From assembly GCA_040400855.1 (NCBI GenBank), contig JBBAPJ010000002.1, positions 21,504 to 85,503 on the forward strand: a DNA stretch of 64,000 nt. Reading direction: 5' to 3'. The notes beneath the pieces are model-generated. The model was not told where the DNA came from. It did no database searches and saw nothing but the letters and a program-made list of their open reading frames with translations. This DNA is from Rubrivivax sp. Lineage in GTDB: Bacteria; Pseudomonadota; Gammaproteobacteria; Burkholderiales; Burkholderiaceae_C. A program made the position numbers and the translations under genes. Below are positions 46,091 through 56,244 of the stretch, one piece after another; positions within the stretch are counted from its first letter, which is position 1; each line of letters opens with the position of its first letter.

Positions 46091-46145
46091 CTGTCCACTG
46101 CCTGTGCACGGCTTGTCCACACGCCCGTGCACAGGCTCGTCCACA
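46091..46145 (+). promoter_or_regulatory. Array of five DnaA-box-like 9-mers upstream of dnaB
   Basis: CTGTCCACT 46091, CTGTGCACG 46102, TTGTCCACA 46113, CCGTGCACA 46125, TCGTCCACA 46137; same orientation, 11-12 bp period. Confidence 0.65.
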
Positions 46146-46237
46146 TGCCGCCCCGACCCGGGCTCACGAGGGCTGTGGGCCGCAAGCAGGGGCTTTCCCT
46201 TCTGCGAACGGGCATGACCAGCCCCTAGGATCTGCCG

Positions 46238-47632
46238 ATGCCCAGCTCCTTCGAGGCCCCGCAACCCGGACGCGACGACGAGGTCGCACGCCTGCGCGTG
46301 CCTCCGCACTCGATCGAGGCGGAGCAGAGCGTGCTCGGGGGCCTGCTGCTCGACAATCTGGCCTGGGACCGGGCGGCCGAGTTCCTCACCGAGAGCGACT
46401 TCTACCGCCACGAGCACAGGCTCATCTACGCCGCCATCGCCTCTCTCGTGGGCGCGAGCAAGCCCGCAGACGTGGTGACCGTGCACGAGGTGCTGCAGCG
46501 CCTCGGCCAGGCCGAGGATTGCGGCGGGCTGGCCTATCTCAATGCCCTGGCCGAAGCTGTGCCCAACGCCGCCAACGTGCGGCGCTACGCGGAAATCGTG
46601 CGCGAGCGCGCGATCCTGCGCAAGCTGATCGCGGCCAGCGACGACATTGCCACGCGCGCCTTCAGTCCGCAGGGCCAGCCGGTGCCCCAGATCCTCGATG
46701 AGGCCGAGTCACGGATCCTTCGCATCGGCGAGGAGGGCGCGCGCGGCCAGGCCGGCTTCCAGGAGATGCGTGGCCTGGTGAAGGCGCTGCTCGACCGTGT
46801 CGACGAGCTCGACAAGAACGGAAGCGAGGATGTGACGGGCGTGCGCACCGGCTTCTATGAGCTCGACGAGAAGACGGCCGGGCTCCAGAAGGGAGACCTG
46901 ATCGTGCTTGCCGCGCGGCCGAGCATGGGCAAGACGGCCCTGGCCCTGAACATGGCCGAGCACGTGGCCGTGCAGGAAGGGCTCCCGGTGGCCATCTTCT
47001 CCATGGAAATGGGCGCATCGCAGCTGGCACTGCGGCTGGTCGGCTCGCTGGGTCGGATCGACCAGACGCACCTGCGCAACGGCCGGCTGCGTGACGACGA
47101 GTGGGAACGCCTGCCGGGTGCGGCGCACAAGCTGGCCCAGGCTCCCGTCTTCATCGACGAGACGGCCGGCCTCAATCCGGCCGAGCTCCGGGCACGCGCC
47201 CGGCGCCTGGCGCGCCAATACGGCGGCACGCTCGGCCTCATCGTCGTGGACTATCTGCAGCTGATGACGGGTTCGGGCGGGGGAAGCGAAGAGAACCGTG
47301 CCACGGTGCTGGGTGAGATCTCGCGCGGGCTGAAGGGCCTGGCCAAGGAGCTGCAGTGCCCGGTGCTGGCGCTTTCTCAGCTCAACCGCAGCGTGGAGAC
47401 CCGCACCGACAAGCGTCCCATGATGAGCGACCTGCGGGAGTCGGGAGCCATCGAGCAGGACGCCGACGTGATCATGTTCATCTACCGTGACGACTACTAC
47501 AACAAGGACAGCAAGTTTCCCGGGGAGGCCGAGGTCATCCTCGCCAAGCAGCGAAACGGCCCCGTGGGAACGGTGAACCTGACCTTCCTGAAGCCCTTGA
47601 CGCGCTTCGAGAACCTGGCGCGCGAGGGCTAG
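46238..47632 (+). CDS. dnaB: Replicative DNA helicase
   Basis: PPHSIEAEQSVLG, ARPSMGKT, DYLQL and SDLRESGAIEQDAD motifs; no intein. Confidence 0.98.
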   Translation: MPSSFEAPQPGRDDEVARLRVPPHSIEAEQSVLGGLLLDNLAWDRAAEFLTESDFYRHEHRLIYAAIASLVGASKPADVVTVHEVLQRLGQAEDCGGLAYLNALAEAVPNAANVRRYAEIVRERAILRKLIAASDDIATRAFSPQGQPVPQILDEAESRILRIGEEGARGQAGFQEMRGLVKALLDRVDELDKNGSEDVTGVRTGFYELDEKTAGLQKGDLIVLAARPSMGKTALALNMAEHVAVQEGLPVAIFSMEMGASQLALRLVGSLGRIDQTHLRNGRLRDDEWERLPGAAHKLAQAPVFIDETAGLNPAELRARARRLARQYGGTLGLIVVDYLQLMTGSGGGSEENRATVLGEISRGLKGLAKELQCPVLALSQLNRSVETRTDKRPMMSDLRESGAIEQDADVIMFIYRDDYYNKDSKFPGEAEVILAKQRNGPVGTVNLTFLKPLTRFENLAREG

Positions 47633-47652
47633 AGCGGCGGTGAGCGCCCCGG

Positions 47653-48798
47653 CTACTTGAAGATGTCTCGGACCCGGTCGGTCCAGCTCTTGGCGTTCGG
47701 GGAGTGCCGGTCCCCTGCCTTGCGGAAGGACTCGTCGAGCTCGCGCATCAGCTTGCGCTGGGCGTCGGTGAGCTTCACCGGTGTCTCCACCGTGATGTGG
47801 ATGTAGAGGTCTCCCGGGTAGCTCGACCGCAGCCCCTTGATGCCCTTGCCGCGCAGGCGGAAGGTCTTGCCGTTCTGGGTGCCCTCGGGCAGCTCGATCT
47901 CGGCCTTGGTGCCCAGTGAAGGGACCTCGATCGCACCGCCCAGTGCCGCGGTGGTCATGCTCACCGGCACCTTGCAGTGCAGGTCGTCACCGTCGCGCTC
48001 GAAGATCTCGTGCGGCTTGATGCGGATCTCGATGTAGAGATCGCCTGGCGGCCCGCCGTTGGTGCCGGGCTCGCCGTTGCCGGTGGAGCGGATGCGCATG
48101 CCCTCGTTGATGCCGGCCGGGATCTTCACCTCGAGGGTCTTCTGACGCTTGATCCGGCCCGCACCGTTGCAGCTCATGCAAGGGTCGGGAATCACTTTGC
48201 CGGCGCCCTGGCAGGCCGGGCAGGTCTGCTGGATGCTGAAGAAGCCCTGCCGCATGTGCACGGAACCGGCGCCGTTGCAGGTGGAGCAGGTCTTCGGGCT
48301 GGTGCCGGGCTTGGCACCGGTGCCGCGGCAGGTCTCGCAGGTGTCCCAGGTCGGAATGCGGATCTGGCTGTCCTTGCCCAGCGCCGCCTCCTCCAGCGTG
48401 ATCTCCATTGCGTAGCTGAGATCGTTGCCCCGGAACACCTGCTGGCCGCTCCCGCGCCTGCCGCCTGCACCGCCACCGCCGAAGATGTCGCCGAAGATGT
48501 CGCCGAAGGCCTCGGCAAAGCCGCCGAAGCCCTCAGGACCGGCGCCACGGCCCATGCCGGCGCTCGGGTCGACCCCGGCGTGGCCGAACTGGTCATAGGC
48601 GGCCCGCTTCTGCGCATCGGAGAGCATCTCGTAGGCCTCCTTGGCCTCCTTGAACTTCTCCTCGGCCTTCTTCGCGTCGTCACCCTGGTTGCGGTCAGGG
48701 TGGAACTTCATGGCCAGCTTCCGGTAGGCCTTCTTGATGTCTTCGTCCGTCGCGTTCTTCGGAACGCCCAGGACCTCGTAATAGTCTCGCTTGGCCAT
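47653..48798 (-). CDS. dnaJ: Chaperone DnaJ
   Basis: J-domain HPD, G/F region, four CxxCxGxG repeats. Confidence 0.98.
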   Translation of the reverse strand: MAKRDYYEVLGVPKNATDEDIKKAYRKLAMKFHPDRNQGDDAKKAEEKFKEAKEAYEMLSDAQKRAAYDQFGHAGVDPSAGMGRGAGPEGFGGFAEAFGDIFGDIFGGGGAGGRRGSGQQVFRGNDLSYAMEITLEEAALGKDSQIRIPTWDTCETCRGTGAKPGTSPKTCSTCNGAGSVHMRQGFFSIQQTCPACQGAGKVIPDPCMSCNGAGRIKRQKTLEVKIPAGINEGMRIRSTGNGEPGTNGGPPGDLYIEIRIKPHEIFERDGDDLHCKVPVSMTTAALGGAIEVPSLGTKAEIELPEGTQNGKTFRLRGKGIKGLRSSYPGDLYIHITVETPVKLTDAQRKLMRELDESFRKAGDRHSPNAKSWTDRVRDIFK

Positions 48799-48911
48799 GA
48801 AGGACTCTCAGCTTCCCGAATGACTGAAGCCGCGCCAGGATCGGACACCGTGGGGTGTCCGGCCGGACGCGGCCCGAAACGCGGCAGCCCGCCCGGGGGC
48901 GGGCCGCACCG

Positions 48912-50861
48912 TCACTTTTTCACTTCCTTGAAATCGGCGTCCACGACATCGTCGGCGGCGCCCGCCGACTTGGGGCCAGCCGAGGGCTGGGGGCCGCCCG
49001 CAGCGCCGGCTCCACCACCAGCGGCTCCGGCTGCGGCCTGTGCCTCGGCATACATCTTCTCGCCGAGCTTCTGGCTGGCACTCATCAGGGCTTCGGTCTT
49101 GGCCTCGATGTCGGCCTTGTCCTCGCCCTTGAGAGCCTCCTCGAGCCCCTTGAGTGCCGCCTCGACCTTCTCCTTCTCGGCGGCCTCGAGCTTGTCGCCG
49201 TGCTCGCCCAGGCTCTTGCGCACCGAGTGGAGCATGGAGTCGGCCTGGTTGCGGGCCTGGGCCAGCTCCAGCTTGCGCTTGTCCTCCGCCGCGTTGAGCT
49301 CGGCGTCCTTCACCATCTTCTGGATCTCCTCCTCGGACAACCCCGAATTGGCCTTGATGGTGATCTTGTTCTCCTTGCCCGTGCCCTTGTCCTTGGCGGA
49401 GACGTGCAGGATGCCGTTGGCATCGATGTCGAAGGTCACCTCGATCTGCGGCAGTCCGCGCGGTGCGGGCGGGATGCCCTCGAGGTTGAACTCGCCGAGG
49501 GACTTGTTGCCCATGGCCATCTCGCGCTCGCCCTGGAACACCTTGATGGTGACCGCAGGCTGGTTGTCATCGGCCGTGGAGAACACCTGCGAGTAGCGGG
49601 TCGGGATCGTGGTGTTCTTCTTGATCATCTTGGTCATCACGCCGCCCAGCGTCTCGATGCCCAGCGACAGCGGCGTGACGTCCAGCAGCAACACGTCCTT
49701 GCGCTCGCCGCCAAGCACCTGCCCCTGGATGGCAGCGCCCACGGCCACCGCTTCGTCCGGGTTGACGTCCTTGCGCGGATCCTTGCCGAAGAACTCCTTG
49801 ACCTTCTCCTGCACCTTGGGCATGCGGGTCATGCCACCCACGAGGATCACGTCGTCGATCTCCGACACCTTGACGCCGGCGTCCTTGATCGCGATGCGGC
49901 AGGGCTCGATCGTGCGCTCGATCAGGTCCTCCACCAGCGCCTCGAGCTTGGCGCGCGTGAGCTTGATGTTCAGGTGCTTCGGGCCCGAGGCGTCGGCCGT
50001 GATGTAGGGCAGGTTGAGGTCCGTCTGCGTGCTGTTGGACAGCTCGATCTTGGCCTTCTCGGCCGCCTCCTTGAGGCGCTGCAGCGCCAGCACGTCCTTC
50101 GTGAGGTCCACGCCCTGTTCCTTGCGGAACTCCGTGACGATGAAGTCGATGATGCGCTGATCGAAGTCCTCGCCGCCCAGGAAGGTGTCGCCGTTGGTGG
50201 AGAGCACCTCGAACTGCTTCTCGCCGTCCACGTCGGCAATCTCGATGATGGAGATGTCGAAGGTGCCGCCACCGAGGTCGAAGACCGCGATCTTGCGCTC
50301 GCCCTTGCCGTGCTTGTCCAGGCCAAAGGCCAGGGCCGCTGCAGTGGGCTCGTTGATGATGCGCTTGACGTCCAGACCGGCGATGCGACCCGCGTCCTTC
50401 GTGGCCTGGCGCTGGCTGTCGTTGAAGTAGGCCGGGACCGTGATCACGGCCTCCGTCACCTCCTCGCCGAGGTAGTCCTCGGCCGTCTTCTTCATCTTTC
50501 GCAGCACCTCGGCGCTGACCTGGGGCGGGGCAATCTTCTTGCCGCGCACCTCCACCCACGCGTCACCGTTGTCGGCCGCGGCAATCTTGTAGGGCATCAG
50601 GTCGATGTCCTTCTGGACCTCGGCCTCGGTGAACTTGCGCCCGATCAGGCGCTTCACCGCATAGAGGGTGTTCTTGGGGTTCGTGACGGCCTGGCGCTTG
50701 CCAGAGGCGCCCACGAGGATCTCCCCGTCTTCCTGGTAGGCGATGATCGAAGGCGTCGTGCGCGCGCCCTCGCTGTTCTCGATCACCTTGGTCGAGTTGC
50801 CTTCCATGATGGCCACGCACGAGTTCGTGGTGCCGAGGTCGATGCCGATGATCTTGCCCAT
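48912..50861 (-). CDS. dnaK: Chaperone DnaK
   Basis: [25 protein letters not shown] and DADFKEVK motifs. Confidence 0.99.
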   Translation of the reverse strand: MGKIIGIDLGTTNSCVAIMEGNSTKVIENSEGARTTPSIIAYQEDGEILVGASGKRQAVTNPKNTLYAVKRLIGRKFTEAEVQKDIDLMPYKIAAADNGDAWVEVRGKKIAPPQVSAEVLRKMKKTAEDYLGEEVTEAVITVPAYFNDSQRQATKDAGRIAGLDVKRIINEPTAAALAFGLDKHGKGERKIAVFDLGGGTFDISIIEIADVDGEKQFEVLSTNGDTFLGGEDFDQRIIDFIVTEFRKEQGVDLTKDVLALQRLKEAAEKAKIELSNSTQTDLNLPYITADASGPKHLNIKLTRAKLEALVEDLIERTIEPCRIAIKDAGVKVSEIDDVILVGGMTRMPKVQEKVKEFFGKDPRKDVNPDEAVAVGAAIQGQVLGGERKDVLLLDVTPLSLGIETLGGVMTKMIKKNTTIPTRYSQVFSTADDNQPAVTIKVFQGEREMAMGNKSLGEFNLEGIPPAPRGLPQIEVTFDIDANGILHVSAKDKGTGKENKITIKANSGLSEEEIQKMVKDAELNAAEDKRKLELAQARNQADSMLHSVRKSLGEHGDKLEAAEKEKVEAALKGLEEALKGEDKADIEAKTEALMSASQKLGEKMYAEAQAAAGAAGGGAGAAGGPQPSAGPKSAGAADDVVDADFKEVKK

Positions 50862-50905
50862 TTTCGTTGTGCTCCTGAATCGTTGCGCGGATGCGGTTGG
50901 CTTGC

Positions 50906-50933
50906 AGGTGTGGCTGGCGTGCCGTCTTTCAAG
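50906..50933 (-). promoter_or_regulatory. Putative sigma32 promoter of dnaK
   Basis: Minus strand CTTGAAA (50933-50927) - 13 nt - CCACACCT (50913-50906); the -35 overlaps the grpE stop. Confidence 0.6.
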
Positions 50934-51486
50934 ACTTCGGCGCGGTCACCGTCACCAGCGCCGGTCGCAGCACGCGCTCGGCGATGAGGTAGCCCTTCTG
51001 CAGCACGCCGACCACCGTGTTCGGGTCCTGGTCGGCGCCCACGATGCTGATGGCCTGGTGCTGGTGGGGGTCGAAGCGCGTGCCGGGCGGGGGCGCGATG
51101 GCCACCACCTTGTTGCGCTCCAGCGCAGCCACGAGCTGGCGCAGCGTGGCGCCCACGCCTTCGAGCACCTTGTCGGGCGCACCCCCGCCATTGGCCAGAG
51201 CTGCCTCCAGGCTGTCGCACACCGGCAGCAGGCTCTCGGCGAAGGATTCGACGGCGTACTTGCGCGCCTTGGAGATCTCCTCCTCGGCACGTCGACGGGT
51301 GTTCTCGGCATCGGCCTTGGCGCGCAGGTAGGCGTCAGAGACCTCGGCGTGGCGCGCCTCCAGCGCGGCCAGGCGCTCCTCCACGGAGGCTGTGGCCGAG
51401 GGGGCGGCGGAACTCGGGTCGGGGGGTGTGTCGGCGGATGCCGCTTCAGCGGCGGTGCTGGACGTCTCGGGTCGAGGCTGGTTCAT
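50929..51486 (-). CDS. grpE: Nucleotide exchange factor GrpE
   Basis: [22 protein letters not shown] and QKGY...RVLRPALV motifs. Confidence 0.96.
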   Translation of the reverse strand: MNQPRPETSSTAAEAASADTPPDPSSAAPSATASVEERLAALEARHAEVSDAYLRAKADAENTRRRAEEEISKARKYAVESFAESLLPVCDSLEAALANGGGAPDKVLEGVGATLRQLVAALERNKVVAIAPPPGTRFDPHQHQAISIVGADQDPNTVVGVLQKGYLIAERVLRPALVTVTAPKS

Positions 51487-51531
51487 GGGTCAGGCGCTGT
51501 ATGGGCCGGCAACAACCGGCGTGCCGATGGG

Positions 51532-51559
51532 AAATGAGGCCGCCCGGCACAAAGTCAAG
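51532..51559 (-). promoter_or_regulatory. Putative sigma32 promoter of grpE
   Basis: Minus strand CTTGACT (51559-51553) - 13 nt - CCTCATTT (51539-51532). Confidence 0.6.
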
Positions 51560-51648
51560 AGGCTGCTCACGGGCCCGGGCCCCGATCGCTCGCGCAGCCC
51601 GGCGGATCGGGGATGCAGCGGAGGGTGGCAGGAGCGGCAGCTGGGGGC

Positions 51649-52053
51649 TCAGCCGTCCAGGCTCGCCGACCAGCGCTGCCAGTGCGCGATCTGGCGACGA
51701 TCCCGCCCCGTGGGCCGACCCTCTCGCCGCGACAGGGCGGGCTCGACGCCATCGGCACGGGCCTGCAGCGCCCGTGTGCGCTCGGCCAGGCTCTCAGCCG
51801 TCTCCTCGTAGAGCGCCTGAGCCGCGCTGGCGGGGCCGCGAACCTGGCTGAGCGCACGCACCACCACCGTGCACACGGATGGCGGCCGCCGCACACGTAT
51901 CGTGTCGCCCACGTGCACCTCGCGCGCGGGCTTGGCCGCAGCGCCATTCACGTCGACGCGCCCGGCATCCAGTGCCTCGACCGCAAGCGCGCGCGTCTTG
52001 AAGAAGCGCGCAGCCCACAGCCACTTGTCGAGGCGGATGCGCGACTCGCTCAG
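51649..52053 (-). CDS. hslR: Heat shock protein Hsp15 (S4 RNA-binding domain)
   Basis: [20 protein letters not shown] and GRPTGRDRR motifs. Start uncertain (CTG 52053 or GTG 52065). Confidence 0.9.
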   Translation of the reverse strand: MSESRIRLDKWLWAARFFKTRALAVEALDAGRVDVNGAAAKPAREVHVGDTIRVRRPPSVCTVVVRALSQVRGPASAAQALYEETAESLAERTRALQARADGVEPALSRREGRPTGRDRRQIAHWQRWSASLDG

Positions 52054-53537
52054 CGCGACCTCCACCGGCGCCACAGCGGTGGCAGGACCACCAGCAGCAG
52101 CGCAACACCCAGCAGCGAGCCCGACAGGGGCCGCGTCACGAAAGTGGACCACTCGCCCTGGCTGATGGTGAGGGCCTGGCGCATGGACTGCTCGGCCATC
52201 GGCGCCAGGATCAGGCCGACGATCATCGGGGCGGCGGGAAAGTCGAGCCGCCGCATCGCAAAGCCGACGAGACCGAAGGCGAACAGCAGCCCCACGTTGA
52301 AGATCGAGTTGCCGGCCCCGTACACGGTTGCAGTGGACACGACGATGATGCCTGCATAGAGCCAGGGCGGCGGAATCTTGAGCAGCTTGACCCACAACGC
52401 CACGAGCGGGAGGTTCAGCACCAGCAGGATGACGTTGCCGATGTAGAGGCTCGCGATCAGGGTCCACACCAGGCCGCTTTGCTGGGAGAACAACTGGGGC
52501 CCGGGCTGGATGCCGTAGCCCTGGAAAGCCGACAGCATGATCGCCGCCGTGGCCGAAGTCGGGATGCCCAGCGTGAGCAGCGGCATCAGCACGCCTGCGG
52601 CGGCCGCGTTGTTCGCCGCCTCGGGGCCCGCGACGCCCTCGATCGCCCCACGGCCGAACTCCTCCGGGTGGCGGGTGAGCCTGCGCTCCGTGTAGTAGGA
52701 CAGCAATGTCGGCAGCTCGGCGCCCCCGGCAGGCAGCGCCCCGATCGGGAACCCGAACATCGAGCCCCGCAGCCAGGGCTTCCAGGAGCGGCTCCAGTCG
52801 GATCGGCTCAGCCACAGCCGGCCCGACACCTTCATGACCTCGGCCGAGCGAGCCTGGCGACCATCCCAGGCGAGGTAAAGGGCCTCGCCGACGGCGAACA
52901 GTCCCACGGCCGCCACCGTCACCTCGATCCCGTCGAGCAGTTCCGCCCGGCCGAACGTGAAGCGCGGCTGACCCGTCTGCAGGTCAACCCCCACCAGGCC
53001 GATCAGCAGCCCGGCGGCCAGGCTCAGCAACCCGCGCAGCACCGAGTTGCCCAGCACGGCCGACACTGCCACGAGCGCCAGCACCATGAGGCTGAAGTAC
53101 TCGGCCGGGCCGAAGGCCAGCGCGGCCTCGACGACCCACGGGGCGATGAAGGTGAGGGCCACCGTGCCGATGGTGCCCGCCACGAAGCTGCCGATGGCGG
53201 CCGTGGCCAGGGCCGGTCCGGCGCGCCCGCGCCGCGCCATCTTGTTGCCCTCTAGTGCAGTGACGACCGATGCGGACTCGCCCGGCGTGTTCAGCAGGAT
53301 CGAGGTGGTCGAGCCTCCGTAGGCGGCCCCGTAGTAGATGCCCGCAAACATCACGAACATGCTCGTGGCGGGCACGTGGTACGTCAGCGGCAACAGCAAC
53401 GCGATGGTCAGCGCCGGACCGATTCCGGGCAGGACGCCCACGAGCGTCCCCACGAAGCAGCCGATGAAGCCCCAGATCAGTGTGGTGGGCTGCAGGGCCT
53501 GGCCGAAGCCTGCCATGAGGGCGTTGAAGGCGTCCAT
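52050..53537 (-). CDS. tctA: Tripartite tricarboxylate transporter permease TctA
   Basis: [33 protein letters not shown] and LTLGIP motifs. Confidence 0.93.
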   Translation of the reverse strand: MDAFNALMAGFGQALQPTTLIWGFIGCFVGTLVGVLPGIGPALTIALLLPLTYHVPATSMFVMFAGIYYGAAYGGSTTSILLNTPGESASVVTALEGNKMARRGRAGPALATAAIGSFVAGTIGTVALTFIAPWVVEAALAFGPAEYFSLMVLALVAVSAVLGNSVLRGLLSLAAGLLIGLVGVDLQTGQPRFTFGRAELLDGIEVTVAAVGLFAVGEALYLAWDGRQARSAEVMKVSGRLWLSRSDWSRSWKPWLRGSMFGFPIGALPAGGAELPTLLSYYTERRLTRHPEEFGRGAIEGVAGPEAANNAAAAGVLMPLLTLGIPTSATAAIMLSAFQGYGIQPGPQLFSQQSGLVWTLIASLYIGNVILLVLNLPLVALWVKLLKIPPPWLYAGIIVVSTATVYGAGNSIFNVGLLFAFGLVGFAMRRLDFPAAPMIVGLILAPMAEQSMRQALTISQGEWSTFVTRPLSGSLLGVALLLVVLPPLWRRWRSR

Positions 53538-53553
53538 GCAGTTCCGCCGCGCT

Positions 53554-54042
53554 TCAGGCCAGGCCCTTGATGGCTGGGCCCAGACCGACCCCCAGGCCTA
53601 CCGCGATGGCGACCCAGAACACCCCCGCGATGAGCAGGCACGCCAGCGCTGTTCGCCCGTTCAGAGGCGCATCGAAGGCACGAGCCACCCCCACGCCGCA
53701 CAGGGCGGCAGGCAGGACGAATCCCAGCCAGGGCACGAGCACCATGAAGGCCGCTCCGCCGCAGAGCAGCCACACCACGCGGCGTGCGCCTCCTGGTGCC
53801 GGCTCCTCCCCGCGCTCGCCGCGCTCGTCGGGTTGGCGACCACGCCAGGCGCCGAGGCCATAAGCGCCGATCAGGCCACCGAGCAGGATGACGACCGCTG
53901 CAGGCACCTCGCGGGCACCCACAGCCATCTGGATCGCGGACTCCGGGATCAGGAAGACCTGCCACGCTGCCACCAGCCAGCCTGCCAGCAGGAGCAGGCT
54001 GACCAGTCGGGGCATCACGGGGCCGCGGCCCGCAAGGCTCAT
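53554..54042 (-). CDS. tctB: Tripartite tricarboxylate transporter small subunit TctB
   Basis: Hydrophobic protein of about 4 TM segments between tctC and tctA. Confidence 0.8.
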   Translation of the reverse strand: MSLAGRGPVMPRLVSLLLLAGWLVAAWQVFLIPESAIQMAVGAREVPAAVVILLGGLIGAYGLGAWRGRQPDERGERGEEPAPGGARRVVWLLCGGAAFMVLVPWLGFVLPAALCGVGVARAFDAPLNGRTALACLLIAGVFWVAIAVGLGVGLGPAIKGLA

Positions 54043-54077
54043 GTCGAGGGGGATGCCCGGGCAGCGCCCATCGTCTC

Positions 54078-55052
54078 TCAGGCCAGGCCCAGGTCCTTCA
54101 GCACCGCTTCGGTGAGCTTGATGTTGGCCTCGATTTCACGCTGGAAAGGAAGCTCGGTCAGGAAGACATCGGACCACTTGCGTGCCTCGAGCTCGTTGCG
54201 CCAGCTCTGCGACCCATGCATGCGGGTGATCAGGTCGATGAGGGCGTCGCGCTGAGCCTGCGTGATACCCGGGGCGGCGAACACGCCGCGCCAGTTCGAC
54301 ATCGTGACGTTCACGCCGAGCTCGGGCAGGGTGGGCACGTTCACGCCCGGGATCCGGCGCGCGCCGGAGACGGCCAGCGGGATCATGCGCCCGGCCTTGA
54401 TCTGCTCCTCGAACTCGGACCACCCGGAGATGCCGGCGGCGACCTGGTTGCCCAGGATGGCTGCATTGGCTGGCCCGCCGCCCGCAAATGCCACGTAGGC
54501 GCCCTCCTTGGGGTCGCGGCCCAGTGCGCGCACCAGCAGGCCGAGGATCTGGTGGTCCGTGCCGCCGGCGCTGCCGCCAGCCACCGGAACACCCTTGGGA
54601 TTGGCCTTGATCGCCGCCTGCAGTTCGGCCCAGGTCTTGTACTTGCCGGCAGCGGGCACCACGATCACGCCGGCCTCCTCGGTCAGGCGGGCGATGGGCG
54701 TGACGTTGCGCATCGAGACCGGGCTCTTGTTGGCGATAGCCGCGCCAACCATCACCGAGCCGCCGACCATGAGGGTATTGCCCTGACCCTTGCGCTGGTT
54801 CACGAAGCGCGGCAGGCCCACCATTCCGCCGGCGCCACCGACGTTCTCGAACTGCATGTTGCCCACGAGCCCGGCAGCCTTCGTCGCACGTTCGATGGCG
54901 CGCGCCGTGCCATCCCAACCTCCGCCAGGCGCGGCCGGGACGAACATGTTGATGGTGTCGAACAGGGGCCTGGCTTGTGCCCAGGCCGGCGTGGACGCCA
55001 CCGCACCCAGGGCTGCGCCCCAGCCCAGGAACTCTCGCTTGGAAATCGTCAT
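54078..55052 (-). CDS. tctC: Tripartite tricarboxylate transporter substrate-binding protein (TctC/Bug family)
   Basis: PAAPGGGWD, NVGGAGG, GGSAGGTD and NWRGVFA motifs; AGAGGAG SD; CATAAT -10 at 55100-55095. Confidence 0.92.
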   Translation of the reverse strand: MTISKREFLGWGAALGAVASTPAWAQARPLFDTINMFVPAAPGGGWDGTARAIERATKAAGLVGNMQFENVGGAGGMVGLPRFVNQRKGQGNTLMVGGSVMVGAAIANKSPVSMRNVTPIARLTEEAGVIVVPAAGKYKTWAELQAAIKANPKGVPVAGGSAGGTDHQILGLLVRALGRDPKEGAYVAFAGGGPANAAILGNQVAAGISGWSEFEEQIKAGRMIPLAVSGARRIPGVNVPTLPELGVNVTMSNWRGVFAAPGITQAQRDALIDLITRMHGSQSWRNELEARKWSDVFLTELPFQREIEANIKLTEAVLKDLGLA

Positions 55053-55155
55053 GGTCGTGTCTCCTCTGTCCACCCCCGGTGGCCTTGTGTCCGGATTATG
55101 AGGCACTCACATCGGGCGCCACAGGGGAGGACACGGCCCTTGGAGGGCCATGGCT

Positions 55156-56244
55156 TCAGTCCGCCGCCCCCAGCTGGAGCGCCCGCTCGCGCTGCCGGGC
55201 CAGTTCCTCAGGATCGGTGAGGCCAGACGGCCAGCCCTGCAGGTGTCGGCGCGCCACAGCCGTGATGGCCGCCACGGCTCCCGGCGTGGCATTCAGGCAG
55301 GGGATGTAGTGGAATTCGCGCCCGCCAGCCTGCAAGAAGGCCTCGCGGGCCTCCAGTCCGATCTCTTCGAGCGTCTCCAGGCAATCAACCGGAAAACCCG
55401 GGCAGATCACGTCGACGCGCGCCAGACCCCCAGCGGCCAGCTCCTGCAAGGTCGGCTCGGTGTAGGGGCGAAGCCACTGTGCCCGCCCGAATCGGCTCTG
55501 GAACGTGACCTTGTAGTCAGCCGGTCCCAGACCGAGGGCCTGTGCCAGCAGACGGGCCGTCTTGTGGCATTCGCAGTGGTAGGGGTCGCCGAGCATCAGC
55601 GAGCGCTCGGGCAAGCCATGGAAGGTCATGACCAGCATGGGGCCGCGGCCCTTGGCGGCCCAGTGGCTGCGCACGCTCTCGGCCAGCGCCTCGATGTAGG
55701 CCGGCTCGTCGCCGTAGCGGTTGACGAAGCGGAACTCCGGCACGTGGCGGGCCGCGCCCGACCAGCGTGCGACGGCATCCCAGATGCTGGCGGTGGTGGC
55801 GCTGGCGTACTGTGGATACAGCGGCAGCACGAGCACGCGCGCGGCTCCTGCGGCGCGCAGGGCGTCCAGCCCTTCGCCCACCGAAGGAGTGCCATAGCGC
55901 ATCGCATGCTGCAGGAGGACCTCCTGGCCCGCCTCGCCGAATGCCTGGCTCAGCTGCCGGGTCAGCCGCTGCGTCCACACGGCGAGCGGGGAGCCCTCGT
56001 CCATCCAGATGCTCGCGTACTTCGCGGCCGAGCGCGCCGGGCGCACGCGCAGGATGATGCCGTGGAGGATCGGCCACCAGACCAGGCGCGGGATCTCGAC
56101 CACCCTGGGGTCGGACAGGAACTCGGCCAGGTAGCGGCGCGTTGCCGCGGCCGTCGGCTCCGCCGGGCTGCCGAGATTGACGAGCAGGATCCCTGTGCGG
56201 GCGGGCGTGCCGTGGCGCATCGGCGGCTCAGGACGCAGGCTCAT
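55156..56244 (-). CDS. hemH: Ferrochelatase
   Basis: LLVNLGSP, LPLYPQYA, FHGLP, FQSRFG and DCLETLEEI motifs. Confidence 0.96.
   Translation of the reverse strand: MSLRPEPPMRHGTPARTGILLVNLGSPAEPTAAATRRYLAEFLSDPRVVEIPRLVWWPILHGIILRVRPARSAAKYASIWMDEGSPLAVWTQRLTRQLSQAFGEAGQEVLLQHAMRYGTPSVGEGLDALRAAGAARVLVLPLYPQYASATTASIWDAVARWSGAARHVPEFRFVNRYGDEPAYIEALAESVRSHWAAKGRGPMLVMTFHGLPERSLMLGDPYHCECHKTARLLAQALGLGPADYKVTFQSRFGRAQWLRPYTEPTLQELAAGGLARVDVICPGFPVDCLETLEEIGLEAREAFLQAGGREFHYIPCLNATPGAVAAITAVARRHLQGWPSGLTDPEELARQRERALQLGAAD

Noticed and set aside
46091-46145. DnaA-box array as chromosomal oriC
   Set aside because: No AT-rich unwinding element, a short region, and no dnaA/dnaN/gidA context. Kept only as a regulatory-array finding.
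48855-50987. 710-aa ORF antisense to dnaK
   Set aside because: This is the well-known antisense shadow frame of dnaK genes (often mis-annotated as an NAD-specific glutamate dehydrogenase). There is no independent evidence of coding.
52066-52815. Apparent long N-terminal extension of hslR
   Set aside because: It is an alternate frame inside tctA; Hsp15 similarity begins near 52050.
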